A stretch of 64,000 nucleotides of DNA, from positions 2,981-66,980 of the forward strand of contig CAYZGM010000001.1 of NCBI GenBank assembly GCA_964478015.1, in the 5' to 3' direction. The DNA is from an uncultured Planctomycetia bacterium. Lineage in GTDB: Bacteria; Omnitrophota; Gorgyraeia; 2-02-FULL-51-18. This document shows positions 1 to 9,615 of the stretch, piece after piece. The translations under genes and the position numbers were made by a program. The notes below the pieces were generated by a model. It worked only from the letters and a program-made list of their open reading frames with translations. It had not been told where the DNA came from and made no database searches. Every line of letters starts with the position of its first letter. Position 1 is the stretch's first letter.

Positions 1-47
1 ACCCTATGCAAGGGTGGATTCATAAGTTATTTAATATCAATATGTTA

Positions 48-578
48 TCAGAACTTTCTTCTCCGGCCACGAATGTCCTTGGCCCCGTCCACACGAATTT
101 CTATTTCCAATAACCCCGCCGCATTTGTCTTGCCAGACACCCGGGTATCTCTTCCAACAAAAACGGCGGCTAATTCTCTCTGCTGGTCATCCAAAAAAAC
201 AACGGGCTCCGGATTGTCGTCAGAAATAGCATTGGCCACCTCCCTACGCCAAAACTCCTCAGAAACGGTTTCCTCCTCCCTCCCCGCGGGGTCATCGAGA
301 GCAATCAGGTGGTCCCCATCCTTTCGTCTTGGATAGGAAAAAAGACCTCCGTCGGCATTGAATACGATACCGTCCGAAAACCGGCCGTGCATCGAGTCCC
401 TATGGGAACGTTTCAATATTTCAACTGTGTAGCCATGGCCCAGGAAATGCGTTTTTGGTTCACCGATGAAGTCGCGAGCCTCCTTTGCTTTAAGAATCTG
501 CAAGGCGTGCGCCTGCGAAGATTCTGTGCAAAAAAAGACAAAAATTCCAAAAAAAACAATCCAGGGATTCGGTTTCAT
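48..578 (-). CDS. Hypothetical secreted protein (N-terminal signal peptide); start lies 5 nt downstream of the stop of the M23 peptidase gene
   Basis: ORF-track protein begins MKPNPWIVFFGIFVFFCTESSQAHA (hydrophobic signal-like N-terminus); no recognisable catalytic motif; tight spacing to upstream gene. Confidence 0.45.
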   Translation of the reverse strand: MKPNPWIVFFGIFVFFCTESSQAHALQILKAKEARDFIGEPKTHFLGHGYTVEILKRSHRDSMHGRFSDGIVFNADGGLFSYPRRKDGDHLIALDDPAGREEETVSEEFWRREVANAISDDNPEPVVFLDDQQRELAAVFVGRDTRVSGKTNAAGLLEIEIRVDGAKDIRGRRRKF

Positions 579-582
579 GGCA

Positions 583-1221
583 TCACCTCACGATGATCGA
601 TGGGTCTAATTGGTCCGGCAAAGGATTGACCGGCTGTCCATTTTTACGTATCTCAAAATGCAGATGGGGAGACATCTTGGGGTTATTCGCATTGCCTGTT
701 TTGCCCGAGAGTCCAATCACTTGCCCGGCGGCTACCCAGTCCCCCACCTGTGTTTGGATCCGAGATAAGTGTGCGTAACAAGTGCTAGCCTCATCGGGAT
801 GCAGGATGACCACATACCAGCCATAGCCCTTGTCCTCCCCGGCATAAACGACCCTCCCGCTTTTGGCCGCAAAAACTGGATTCCCGACGCGGGTTAAAAG
901 ATCAATGCCTTGATGAGTGCGCCCCCGGTTTCTTGAGACGCCGAACGCGCCTTTTCCAAAAGAGTCGTTTCGTAGCAAAGCGCGGTCGGAAAATGTAACG
1001 ACCGGAAAAAGAAAATAAGGCTCATGGGCTCGAACCGCTTCGCGTTCAAAATAAAGGACCCAGGAGAGGGACGAGAAACACGCACAACCTGAAAGGAAAA
1101 ACAGAGCAGGCCCCAAAAATCTCGTGTGCCGCTTAAAAATGCAGGACCGCCCGAACCATGGCCACCAGCAATATGCCGGCGACCATACCGATAAATGTGT
1201 ATTTGGATGGCTCAAAATCAA
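583..1221 (-). CDS. Peptidase M23 (LytM-type metallo-endopeptidase), membrane-anchored
   Basis: HQGIDLL ... YAGEDKGYGWYVVILHPDEASTCYAHL ... GLSGKTGNANNPKMSPHLHFEIR, i.e. the HxxxD and HxH zinc motifs of M23; a hydrophobic segment precedes the domain; start codon uncertain. Confidence 0.8.
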   Translation of the reverse strand: MILSHPNTHLSVWSPAYCWWPWFGRSCIFKRHTRFLGPALFFLSGCACFSSLSWVLYFEREAVRAHEPYFLFPVVTFSDRALLRNDSFGKGAFGVSRNRGRTHQGIDLLTRVGNPVFAAKSGRVVYAGEDKGYGWYVVILHPDEASTCYAHLSRIQTQVGDWVAAGQVIGLSGKTGNANNPKMSPHLHFEIRKNGQPVNPLPDQLDPSIIVR

Positions 1222-1283
1222 ATCCGGGAAACATGGGGGTATTGTAATACGGGATTCCCTGCCATGGCAACAATTGAAATTTG

Positions 1284-1330
1284 CTCAAAAAAGGACCCCG
1301 CCCCCCTAAACAAGTTTGGAGGGGCGGGGA
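1284..1330 (-). terminator. Rho-independent terminator (GC stem CCCCGCCCC/GGGGCGGGG followed by a T-run on the minus strand)
   Basis: Plus strand 1294-1329 is gaccccgcccccc...ggaggggcgggg, preceded by aaaaaagga (a T-run on the minus strand) immediately downstream of the small ORF stop at 1347. Confidence 0.5.
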
Positions 1331-1346
1331 GTTTAGACGGCCGGTC

Positions 1347-1487
1347 TTATTTCAGGCTGATCATTTTGGCCCCAAAAAGGACGGCCAGAATAACGATCAG
1401 CGGTAGATGCGCGCTTAGCTGGGTTGCAAAAAATAGGCCTAGCACAACACCGTAGAGAAGACCGCTCAAAAGATCATGTTTAATCAT
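1347..1487 (-). CDS. Small hydrophobic protein (46 aa, two predicted TM helices), unlisted in the ORF track
   Basis: Manual translation gives MIKHDLLSGLLYGVVLGLFFATQLSAHLPLIVILAVLFGAKMISLK; SD-like GGGGGTGA lies 5 nt upstream of the ATG; a terminator follows. Confidence 0.4.
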   Translation of the reverse strand: MIKHDLLSGLLYGVVLGLFFATQLSAHLPLIVILAVLFGAKMISLK

Positions 1488-1612
1488 CTGAATCACCCCC
1501 GTTCAGGAGTCATTCCTTTATTCAATGCTCAATAATCATTCCCCCCTTCCTAGTACTTCTAGTATGGATGAGGACAGGAGCCAATGTTAGGGCTTGTTAA
1601 AATATGATAAGA

Positions 1613-2524
1613 TTAGTTAAAAATAGACCTAGATAAGACCCACTGAGAAATTTTGAGGAAGATCGCTTCGCGGGTTGTTTCGTTCAGGAGCTCATGATAC
1701 AGTCCCTCGTAGATCTCGAGCTCTTTATTCTGAGAGCGTAATTTTTCAAAGAAACGTACGGTGGCCTCCCGGGACACCACCCGGTCGTCCCCCGCCTGAA
1801 GAACCAATGCCGGGATATGAATACGCGAGGCCGTCGTATCCGCACAACGGATCATACGAACGAGTTCTGAATAAAGTCTTGCGCTAATCTGGTGATGAAT
1901 CAGGCGGTCAGAGCCGTACTTTTTTTTAATCTCCGCGTCGTGTGTTAAAAATGCGGGATCTACGCGGTTATTCTGGGTGAGATCCGAAAAAAGGCAAGAT
2001 CCGCCGCAGGCCAAAAAATGTCTCCAACGCGGAATCTTCAAACTGATCCCGAAGTTTGGGGAACTTAAGACCAGCCCCCTGGCCTCAATTTCCGGGCGCT
2101 CAGCCAGGAAAGACGAAACCACCAACCCCCCGTAACTGTGTCCCATAAAAAATAGACCGGAAACACCCGCTTTCTCTTTGGCTAGACGATAAACAACGGC
2201 CAGATCAGAAAAATAATCAGAAAACTTTCGGAGGCAGCCGCGCTTGCCGCCGCTTTGCCCGAAACCCCTTAGATCGGGGAGATAGGAGGCAATTCCCGCT
2301 GAGGCAAGGTGTTCAGCGAATGCCGTGTAGCGTCCGCCATGTTCCCCCATCCCGTGAACGACGATCATGGCTGTTTTTGTCGCCGAGGATGGCGTTAACG
2401 CTCGAAAAAAAATAGGGGTCTCGTCATGCGAGACGAAGCGGTGCTCAGACCAAAGGTCCAACGAAGCATTACCTTTCGGCGGCATAAAAAGACTGTAGAA
2501 GGTCTTTGTACCGATTCTGAACAA
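1613..2524 (-). CDS. Alpha/beta hydrolase, lysophospholipase / monoacylglycerol lipase family
   Basis: VVHGMGEHGGRY (HG oxyanion region), GHSYGG nucleophile elbow (GxSxG), C-terminal acid/His region; overlaps the acyl-CoA synthetase 3' end, so the true start is probably the internal MPPKG. Confidence 0.8.
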   Translation of the reverse strand: MFRIGTKTFYSLFMPPKGNASLDLWSEHRFVSHDETPIFFRALTPSSATKTAMIVVHGMGEHGGRYTAFAEHLASAGIASYLPDLRGFGQSGGKRGCLRKFSDYFSDLAVVYRLAKEKAGVSGLFFMGHSYGGLVVSSFLAERPEIEARGLVLSSPNFGISLKIPRWRHFLACGGSCLFSDLTQNNRVDPAFLTHDAEIKKKYGSDRLIHHQISARLYSELVRMIRCADTTASRIHIPALVLQAGDDRVVSREATVRFFEKLRSQNKELEIYEGLYHELLNETTREAIFLKISQWVLSRSIFN

Positions 2525-4337
2525 CCTCCCTTTTGACTTTCAGGGTCGGTGTTAGCTCGCCGGAGGCCTGACTAAAATCTTTATCCAGAAGGGCAAAAAA
2601 TTTGATGCGTTCGTAGGGCGCAAAATCTTTCATGAGTTCTTGCACGCGTCCATCCATGAATTGAAAAATCTTTGGATTGTGTAGCAGATCCTGGTAATCT
2701 CGGTGCTCAATTTTTTGCTCAAGGGCCCATTCCGCGAGAGGGGCCTCCTTAGGAACAATCAGCGCGGTGATGCATTTTTTCCCCTCGCCAAAAAGGACGC
2801 AGCGCAAAATGTAGGGGTCCTTTTCAAGGAGAACTTCGATCGGTCTGGGGGTTATTTTTTTACCGCCGGAGGTGACGATAAGCTCCTTTTTTCTTCCCGT
2901 GATAAACAAAAATCCCTCGGAGTCAAGGTGGCCCAGATCCCCGGTATAAAACCAGCCGTCTTTGAGCGCCTGCGCGGTCTCGACCGGCTTTCGAAAGTAG
3001 CCTTTCATGACGCAGGCGCTTCGTGTGATGATCTCGCCATCCTCGGAAATCTTTACTTCCACCGTCCGAAGCGGAATACCCACGGAGCCAAAACGGTGCC
3101 GATCGTGACGATTCACCGTGATGACCGGAGCTGTCTCCGTCAATCCGTATCCCTCGTAGATCATGACGCCGAGGTCACAAAAAAACTCACCAATCTCCTT
3201 TGACAACGGGGCTCCGCCTGACACGCAAAAACGCAGACGCCCTCCGAGCCCCTTTTTAAACTTATGGTAAACCAAGATTTCGGCCAGGGGCGTCGAAAGC
3301 TTGGCCATCCAGCCTGTTTTTTCTCCCACCCTTTTTCTACGTCCCAGTTCGCGAGCGTAAGCGAACAGTCCTTGCCGGAACGGACTTGCCGAGCGCACCT
3401 TGTCCATGACCCGTGTTTGGATTTTCTCAAAGAACCGAGGGACTCCCAAAATAAAGGTTGGTCGTATCTCAGAAATATTCTGCGGGACGGTATCCAAATT
3501 TTCTGCATAGGCGATCGTCGCGCCCAGACGGACCATCAGGTAATGTCCGGCCATTCGTTCGAACACATGGCAAAGCGGCAGGAAAGATAAGTGTACGTCG
3601 GCGGAGCTCATTTTCAGGGTTTCTTCCGACAGAACAACATTTTGGATGAAATTCGAGTGTGTCAGCATCACTCCTTTTGGGGTCCCGGTCGTTCCGGAAG
3701 TGTAAATGATGCTGGCCAGCTCAGACGACCCGACATTTTTCCGGATCCGGTCCAAATCCTCATGCGTTGGCGTGTTCCAAAGATCCGAGGTTCCAAAGAT
3801 AGGGATCTCAATCTCCCTGCGATCTAGGAGCACGGAGCTTTCAAAAGCGATCATTCCTCGCAGGGACGGTACTTGTCTTTGAATGGAGCTTACTTTCTGG
3901 AACAGAGCTTTATTGGAAAGCGCAAGCCACTCACAGGCGGAATCCACAAGAATGTATTGGATTTCGGAGGCGCTGAGCGTGGTGTAGATCGGAACCGTGG
4001 AAGCGCCGATCGAAAGGGCCGCAAAGTCTGTGATGAGCCATTCAGGCCGGTTTTCCGAGAGGATCCCGATCCGATCGCCAGTTTTTACACCCTGCTTTAA
4101 AAAAAAAGAAGCCAGGGCATTCACGCGGCGCTGGACCTGATCCCAGCCCAGGCCTTGATATTTTTGATTCTCCTTGTGGAATAGGGTTTTTTTTGTCGGG
4201 GTTCGAAAGGATGTTTCTTGCAGCAAAAGCGCCAAATTCTGCGGTGGTGTATTCAAGAGGCCTTTGGTGGGGTCAATTGTCCGTAAATTTCGGTTGGCGT
4301 TTTTCAATGAATGCCCGAATACCCTCCCGCATGTCAT
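2469..4337 (-). CDS. Long-chain fatty acid--CoA ligase (AMP-binding superfamily)
   Basis: YTSGTTGTPKGVMLTH AMP-binding motif, GYGLTET, TGDLG, C-terminal GELTPTLKVKR; the ORF-track start at 4478 overlaps the crotonase gene, so the internal Met at 4337 is more plausible. Confidence 0.85.
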   Translation of the reverse strand: MTCGRVFGHSLKNANRNLRTIDPTKGLLNTPPQNLALLLQETSFRTPTKKTLFHKENQKYQGLGWDQVQRRVNALASFFLKQGVKTGDRIGILSENRPEWLITDFAALSIGASTVPIYTTLSASEIQYILVDSACEWLALSNKALFQKVSSIQRQVPSLRGMIAFESSVLLDRREIEIPIFGTSDLWNTPTHEDLDRIRKNVGSSELASIIYTSGTTGTPKGVMLTHSNFIQNVVLSEETLKMSSADVHLSFLPLCHVFERMAGHYLMVRLGATIAYAENLDTVPQNISEIRPTFILGVPRFFEKIQTRVMDKVRSASPFRQGLFAYARELGRRKRVGEKTGWMAKLSTPLAEILVYHKFKKGLGGRLRFCVSGGAPLSKEIGEFFCDLGVMIYEGYGLTETAPVITVNRHDRHRFGSVGIPLRTVEVKISEDGEIITRSACVMKGYFRKPVETAQALKDGWFYTGDLGHLDSEGFLFITGRKKELIVTSGGKKITPRPIEVLLEKDPYILRCVLFGEGKKCITALIVPKEAPLAEWALEQKIEHRDYQDLLHNPKIFQFMDGRVQELMKDFAPYERIKFFALLDKDFSQASGELTPTLKVKREVVQNRYKDLLQSFYAAER

Positions 4338-5058
4338 GGGTGGGTATGAGGGTTCGGAATTCAGCTTCCTCGATAGACATCCCCTCTTCGAGATTTTTAT
4401 CCAGCCCCTGGCGCATTGCGCGCATCGCCGCCCGAATGGCGGGGAGACCGTGACGCGAAATTTTTTTTCCCATTTCACGGGCCGCTTTGATCAGCGATCC
4501 ATCTGAGACGACCCGGTTGACTAGCCCAATGCGAAGGGCTTCTTGCGGTGTAATCAAGTCCCCCGTCAAGATAAGTTCCGCTGCGCGGCTTGGACCCACC
4601 ACGCGGGGCAAACGCTGACTCCCCCCAAATCCGGGAATAATGCCGAGCGTGATCTCGGGTTGGGCAAAACGCGTGCGGTCAGAGGCGATGCGCAGGTGGC
4701 AGGCCAGAACAAGTTCCTGCCCTCCTCCGACGCAGGCACCGTGAATCGCGGCAATCACTGGTTTTTCAGAATTTTCGATCTTATTGAAAACTTTTTGCCC
4801 CTTTTGAATCACTTTTGCAATTTCTTCCGGCGTGGTGAGGGAGGCCATTTCTTTCAGGTCTACGCCCGCTATAAAAACATTCGGGATGGCGCTGACGATG
4901 ACAATGACTTTTGTTTTTGGTTCCGCGTTCAGCTCATCCGTTGCCTGCTCTAGTTCCCCCAAGAGCTGAGTGCCCAGCGCATTCACGGGGGGCCTGTTGA
5001 TGCTTAAAAAGGAAACCCCGTCTTCCGTGGAGATGCTTAAAAATTGAAATTGGGTCAT
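4273..5058 (-). CDS. Enoyl-CoA hydratase/isomerase (crotonase family)
   Basis: ISINRPPVNALG, AAIHGACVGGGQELVLACHLRIAS, PEITLGIIPGFGGSQRLPR crotonase fold motifs. Confidence 0.9.
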   Translation of the reverse strand: MTQFQFLSISTEDGVSFLSINRPPVNALGTQLLGELEQATDELNAEPKTKVIVIVSAIPNVFIAGVDLKEMASLTTPEEIAKVIQKGQKVFNKIENSEKPVIAAIHGACVGGGQELVLACHLRIASDRTRFAQPEITLGIIPGFGGSQRLPRVVGPSRAAELILTGDLITPQEALRIGLVNRVVSDGSLIKAAREMGKKISRHGLPAIRAAMRAMRQGLDKNLEEGMSIEEAEFRTLIPTHDMREGIRAFIEKRQPKFTDN

Positions 5059-5084
5059 TGGTCCTCCTTGGTCTTAAGAACGCC

Positions 5085-6308
5085 TTACGCGTATTCTAGA
5101 AATCCCCGCTTTGTTTTTTTTCCCAGAAACCCCGCCAGCACCATTCGTCGAATCACGGGAGCTGGCCAAAACCGGTCGCCATAGAGCTTGTGCAGCGATT
5201 CCAGCTCCTGAAGCACAGCATCGATCCCAAGTTCGTCTGCGTATTGGAGCAAGCCGCCTTTGGCTTGAGGAAAACCGATTCCCGCAAGAACAGCTACATC
5301 GATGTCTGCGGGTGAGGCCACTTTTTCCTGAAGACATAAGGCCGCTTCATTGATCATAGCCATGAGAAGGCGATTGGCTGAAAAAGGTGCTTTTTTGGTG
5401 CCGGGCGCCGATGCTTTCTTCTGAATGCCGGCGAGAAGATGTTCCACCGTTCGGTCGTTTTCTTCCCCTCCATAATTGTAGAAGCCCGCACCGTTTTTAA
5501 CGCCAAAACGATTTTTTTGGTAAACCTCCTCCCAAAGTTGGGCAGGAGCCATACGGGGTCCGTACTCCGCAAGCAGAATTCCCACGACATCATGGCAAAT
5601 GTCGAGCCCGATCGTGTCGACCAGAATGAATGGCCCCATCGGAAAGCCAAACTCGACCATCACTCGGTCTATTTCTTTCAAAGACGTACCCTCTTGAGCG
5701 CAGAACGCCGCTTCGTTCAGATAGGGCATGAGAAGACGATTGACCAAAAAACCCGCGCACTCATTGACGCGCACAGGAATTTTTCTTAGGCCCTCGCAAA
5801 ACGCAATGGAATCTGCCACGGTTTCGTCGGAGGTGGCCAGGCCCGGAATGACCTCGATGAGTTTCATCACATGCGCTGGGAAAAAAAAGTGGATGCCAAC
5901 AACTTTTTCGGGGCGTTTGGTCACGGCACCCAAAGCACTGATGGATAGCGCCGATGTGTTGCTCGCCAACAAAGCATGCTCGGGTAGAATGGCGTCTAAT
6001 TCCTGGAATATTTTTTTCTTGATGTGAATTTTCTCAGGAACAGCTTCGATGACGATATCGACGTCCTTGAGAGACGTAAGATCTGTCGTCACGCTGACGA
6101 GAGACATTTTCGACTCCATCTCAGACGGAGACATTTTTCCTTTGTCTACGCGGGCTTGGTAGATCTTTCGAATGTTTGCGAGCGCCTGCTGCGCCAGCTT
6201 GTCATCCACTTCACGCAACACGACGGGCAAGCCAGAATAGCTGATCACCTGCGCGATCCCGGAGCCCATGGCCCCGCCGCCAACCACCGCCGCCTTATAA
6301 ATAGTCAT
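5085..6308 (-). CDS. 3-hydroxyacyl-CoA dehydrogenase (NAD-binding, with a duplicated C-terminal domain)
   Basis: MTIYKAAVVGGGAMGSGIAQV Rossmann motif; 3HCDH N and C domains; start placed at the internal ATG 3 nt after the thiolase stop. Confidence 0.9.
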   Translation of the reverse strand: MTIYKAAVVGGGAMGSGIAQVISYSGLPVVLREVDDKLAQQALANIRKIYQARVDKGKMSPSEMESKMSLVSVTTDLTSLKDVDIVIEAVPEKIHIKKKIFQELDAILPEHALLASNTSALSISALGAVTKRPEKVVGIHFFFPAHVMKLIEVIPGLATSDETVADSIAFCEGLRKIPVRVNECAGFLVNRLLMPYLNEAAFCAQEGTSLKEIDRVMVEFGFPMGPFILVDTIGLDICHDVVGILLAEYGPRMAPAQLWEEVYQKNRFGVKNGAGFYNYGGEENDRTVEHLLAGIQKKASAPGTKKAPFSANRLLMAMINEAALCLQEKVASPADIDVAVLAGIGFPQAKGGLLQYADELGIDAVLQELESLHKLYGDRFWPAPVIRRMVLAGFLGKKTKRGFLEYA

Positions 6309-7504
6309 TTTCTCTCCAAGACGACCGCCGCACCTTGACCGCCGCCGATGCACAGTGAGGCGACGCCGTAACAGAGGCTCTTTCGTTTCATCTCGTGCAA
6401 CAGGGTCAGGATGATTCTGGTCCCGGTGGTTCCGACGGGATGTCCGAGGGCGATGGCACCGCCATTGACGTTCATGAGGTTACGATCAAGACCCAGTACT
6501 TTTTCACAGGCGATCACCTGCGCGGCGAAAGCCTCGTTCAATTCTATCAATTGGATGTCTTTGAGCGTCAGGCCCGCTTTTTTAAGCGCCAGAGGGATTG
6601 CCACTGTCGGGCCAATGCCCATCCGTTGCGGTTCCACGCCGCCAAACGCGTAAGCGCGGACGGTCCCCAACACCTGCTTGTATCCTAATTCATCTGCTTT
6701 TTTTCGCGTCATGATAAGAAGAGCTGCTGCGCCATCGGAGATTCCACAGGCGTTTCCCGGCGTCACCGTTCCGTTCTCCTTGAACGTGGTCGGATAGAGC
6801 GCGAGCATTTGCTCGTTGAGCGCCGGATTTGGACCCTCGTCCTGCATCACCGTTTCGGGCGGCAAGGGTTTCCCCATGGTTCTTTTTTGGACCAGGACGG
6901 GGGCGATTTCTTCCTTGAACTTTCCCTCGCGTGTGGCGCGAAAAGCGCGCTGATGGCTCAGCACCGCATACTGGTCTTGCTCAGACCGGGTGATCTTGAA
7001 TTCTTCCACGAGATTCTCGGCGGTGCGTCCCATCAATTGACCGCAGATAGGGTCCGTGAGCCCCTCCCACAGAGCATCGATCATTTCGGTGCTGCGCATG
7101 CGTTTTCCAAACCGTAGATCACGGCTAACATAGGGTTGGGTTGACATGGACTCTGTCCCGCCCACGATTTGGACATTCGCATCCCCAGAGAGAATATTTT
7201 GGCAGCCGCTCACCACCGCCTGAATGCCAGAAGCGCAGTTTCTTGCCACCGTGTACCCAGGAACTGTTTTGGGAATGTCGGCCATCAACGAGATGACGCG
7301 CGCAATATTCGGCGCATCGCTGGCCTGTCCCACGCAGCCGAAGATGACCTCGTCCACCGAGGCCGGCGTGATTTTTGTTTTTTCCAGGAGAGCCCGCACA
7401 ACAACCTCGCCGAGTTTTTGCGCGGATAGATCGCGAAAAGCTCCGCCAAACACGCCCTGCGGCGTACGCACACCATCTACGATCACGATCTCTGTTTCAG
7501 GCAT
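6305..7504 (-). CDS. Acetyl-CoA acetyltransferase / 3-ketoacyl-CoA thiolase
   Basis: VARNCASGIQAV active-site Cys region, NVNGGAIALGHPVGTTG and CIGGGQGAA C-terminal thiolase motifs. Confidence 0.9.
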   Translation of the reverse strand: MPETEIVIVDGVRTPQGVFGGAFRDLSAQKLGEVVVRALLEKTKITPASVDEVIFGCVGQASDAPNIARVISLMADIPKTVPGYTVARNCASGIQAVVSGCQNILSGDANVQIVGGTESMSTQPYVSRDLRFGKRMRSTEMIDALWEGLTDPICGQLMGRTAENLVEEFKITRSEQDQYAVLSHQRAFRATREGKFKEEIAPVLVQKRTMGKPLPPETVMQDEGPNPALNEQMLALYPTTFKENGTVTPGNACGISDGAAALLIMTRKKADELGYKQVLGTVRAYAFGGVEPQRMGIGPTVAIPLALKKAGLTLKDIQLIELNEAFAAQVIACEKVLGLDRNLMNVNGGAIALGHPVGTTGTRIILTLLHEMKRKSLCYGVASLCIGGGQGAAVVLERK

Positions 7505-7527
7505 GGGCCCCTCGTTTTGTATTTTTA

Positions 7528-9615
7528 TCAGACATTCTGCTGCGATACAAGCGCTTTTATCTTCGGAAGAAGCCGCAGGGTCTCTTCTTCTCCCCGATGA
7601 ATGAAAGGGGCCGGTTTATAGAAGTTGACCCAGCTCGAGTTCGGAAGAACCGGCCTCACAAGAACGTCTGCGCCCTCCCCCTCAATGTCAGCAATTTCCG
7701 CTTCCATCGATTGGATCGTGTTCATCAAAATATCGAATAAGTTGGGCGAAAAAAACCGGGCCATGGATTGCTTGAACCAAAAAAGACCTTGGGCTGCGAA
7801 GCCTTTCTCCATTGCTTCGGACCGGGCTTTTTCTACGGCCTCATTCTTGATCAGTCTTTTTTCCATCATGTCCTTGCTCGTGGGAAAGACGTTTACGGCG
7901 ATCACCTTGTTGGCTCCGGCCTGATGGAGCGCACGAATGGGCAAAGGGTTTAAAATACCGCCGTCGACGATGACATTCCCATCCATCATGATCGGTTTGA
8001 TGATGGCCGGGATCGCGATCGAGGCCCTGACAGCGTCTGCCACGGAACCCGATTCGAACAGGAAGCTTTGCCGTGTGGTGAGATTGGCCGCTGTTACTTT
8101 TAGAGAGATGCGGCATTGATCGAAGCTTTTATTGCCAAGATACTTGCGAAAATGGCGGATTACCTGTTGCCCGTGAAGCAGACCCCTGTAGGGGAAGAGG
8201 TTGATGTCAATAAGATTGCTCATCAGAAGCCTCAAATTAATCTGCATGGCGGCTTTCTCGATCTCCATGGGATTGAGCCCCACCGCATAGAGCGAGCCGA
8301 TCAAAGCGCCTATGCTGGAACCGGCGATGATATCCACGGGTATTTTTTCGCGCTCCAGTACTTTTAAGACGCCAATATGCGCCAGGCCAAAGGCCGCACC
8401 GCTGCCCAGCGCTAACCCGACAAGATTCCCGCTCAGGTATCGTGCCATGTGGCGTATGCGGCGCGAGTATTCCGCGTCAGGGTTTTCGGTGACAATGGGC
8501 CACCCAGCCCCCTGGTCCTGACTGGCCGGTGCGATCGGCACGGAAAAACATCGCTTTTTCCCAAACATTTCTTGTCTTAGCGCAGCCGTTGTGTGAGCGC
8601 CGAAAGCGACCTCATGGATCACGATGACGATCTTGTCCTCGGGGAATGACAACGATTTTTCGATGTCACGCAAGGCATCCCGAGATTCCGCAAGGCTATT
8701 GAGATGACTATCTGTGACGAGAAATAAAAAATCGGACTGCGATACGGCTTTCATGGACGCCTCATCGGGCTCCGGGCTCAGATCCATGACGATGAAGCGG
8801 AAATCGATCGACAGATGATTCAAAAGCGAAATCAACGTCGCGTGGGCATCCGTGTCTTTCGGGTCGTAGGATAAACAAAGAAAATCAAAACCGGCGCGAT
8901 GCTTCAAAAGACGGCTTTTCAATTCTTCGGCGGAAAAAGATTCGATGTTCTGGAAATTTCTGAGCGGAATCTTTTCAATGCGTTCACCGAGCGACGGGCC
9001 CTCTGATCCCGAGGAGGACAGATCCAGCAGAACCGTCTTTTGGCGGGTCTGCTCCAGAAGGCTGGCCGCCAAATTCATGGAGAAAAAACCTCTCTGGGTT
9101 TTTGGCAAACTTCCATAGATCGAGAGAATATCGCTTTTAAAAAGCGAGCGGGAACGAGTTTCGGTTATCTTGAGGCGAGAACTCAGGCGCCGGCTAAGTT
9201 CAAGCGAAATCGTGGCATTACGTTCGATGGATTTTTTAAAACCATCCTTTTTTATTTCGAGTACCAGGGAATCCGAGAGAGCGTGGATTGTAGCGGAATG
9301 CGGTTGCTCCGTAAGAAGGGACATTTCGCCAAAATAATCACCGCGCCGAAGGTACGCCAGGACCTTTTTCTTGTCGAGTACCGTGACGAATGCCTCGAAG
9401 CGGCCCGAAACAATGACGTAAAAACTCTCCGCCTCCCCGCCCTCCCGGTAAACAGTTTCATCTTTTTTGTACTCGACCAGGCGCATCAGCTGGCTGATGG
9501 ATCTTAGCTCCCAAGGACTTAATCCTGCAAAGAGCGGGCATTGGCCCAACAGCACAACCTTGTCAATTTTCTGGAAACGATTGCCTGCGTCCTGACCGAG
9601 CGGCGCCGAGTCCAT
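7528..9615 (-). CDS. Cyclic-nucleotide-binding-domain-containing patatin-like phospholipase (NTE-like architecture)
   Basis: N-terminal CAP_ED domain (GDYFGEMSLL ... HSATIHA); C-terminal patatin domain with GSGAAFG oxyanion loop, GSSIG nucleophile motif and VIVDGG catalytic Asp; start overlaps the PilZ stop (TAATG). Confidence 0.85.
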   Translation of the reverse strand: MDSAPLGQDAGNRFQKIDKVVLLGQCPLFAGLSPWELRSISQLMRLVEYKKDETVYREGGEAESFYVIVSGRFEAFVTVLDKKKVLAYLRRGDYFGEMSLLTEQPHSATIHALSDSLVLEIKKDGFKKSIERNATISLELSRRLSSRLKITETRSRSLFKSDILSIYGSLPKTQRGFFSMNLAASLLEQTRQKTVLLDLSSSGSEGPSLGERIEKIPLRNFQNIESFSAEELKSRLLKHRAGFDFLCLSYDPKDTDAHATLISLLNHLSIDFRFIVMDLSPEPDEASMKAVSQSDFLFLVTDSHLNSLAESRDALRDIEKSLSFPEDKIVIVIHEVAFGAHTTAALRQEMFGKKRCFSVPIAPASQDQGAGWPIVTENPDAEYSRRIRHMARYLSGNLVGLALGSGAAFGLAHIGVLKVLEREKIPVDIIAGSSIGALIGSLYAVGLNPMEIEKAAMQINLRLLMSNLIDINLFPYRGLLHGQQVIRHFRKYLGNKSFDQCRISLKVTAANLTTRQSFLFESGSVADAVRASIAIPAIIKPIMMDGNVIVDGGILNPLPIRALHQAGANKVIAVNVFPTSKDMMEKRLIKNEAVEKARSEAMEKGFAAQGLFWFKQSMARFFSPNLFDILMNTIQSMEAEIADIEGEGADVLVRPVLPNSSWVNFYKPAPFIHRGEEETLRLLPKIKALVSQQNV

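Noticed and set aside
2703-3203. Many plus-strand ORFs in the track (e.g. 2703-3203, 5439-5789, 6024-6338, 24528-24839, 26373-27335, 53327-54166) lying inside clearly annotated minus-strand genes
   Set aside because: They are antisense shadow ORFs typical of GC-rich DNA. Their translations are Arg/Pro/Gly-rich with no motifs, and they fully overlap genes with strong family signatures.
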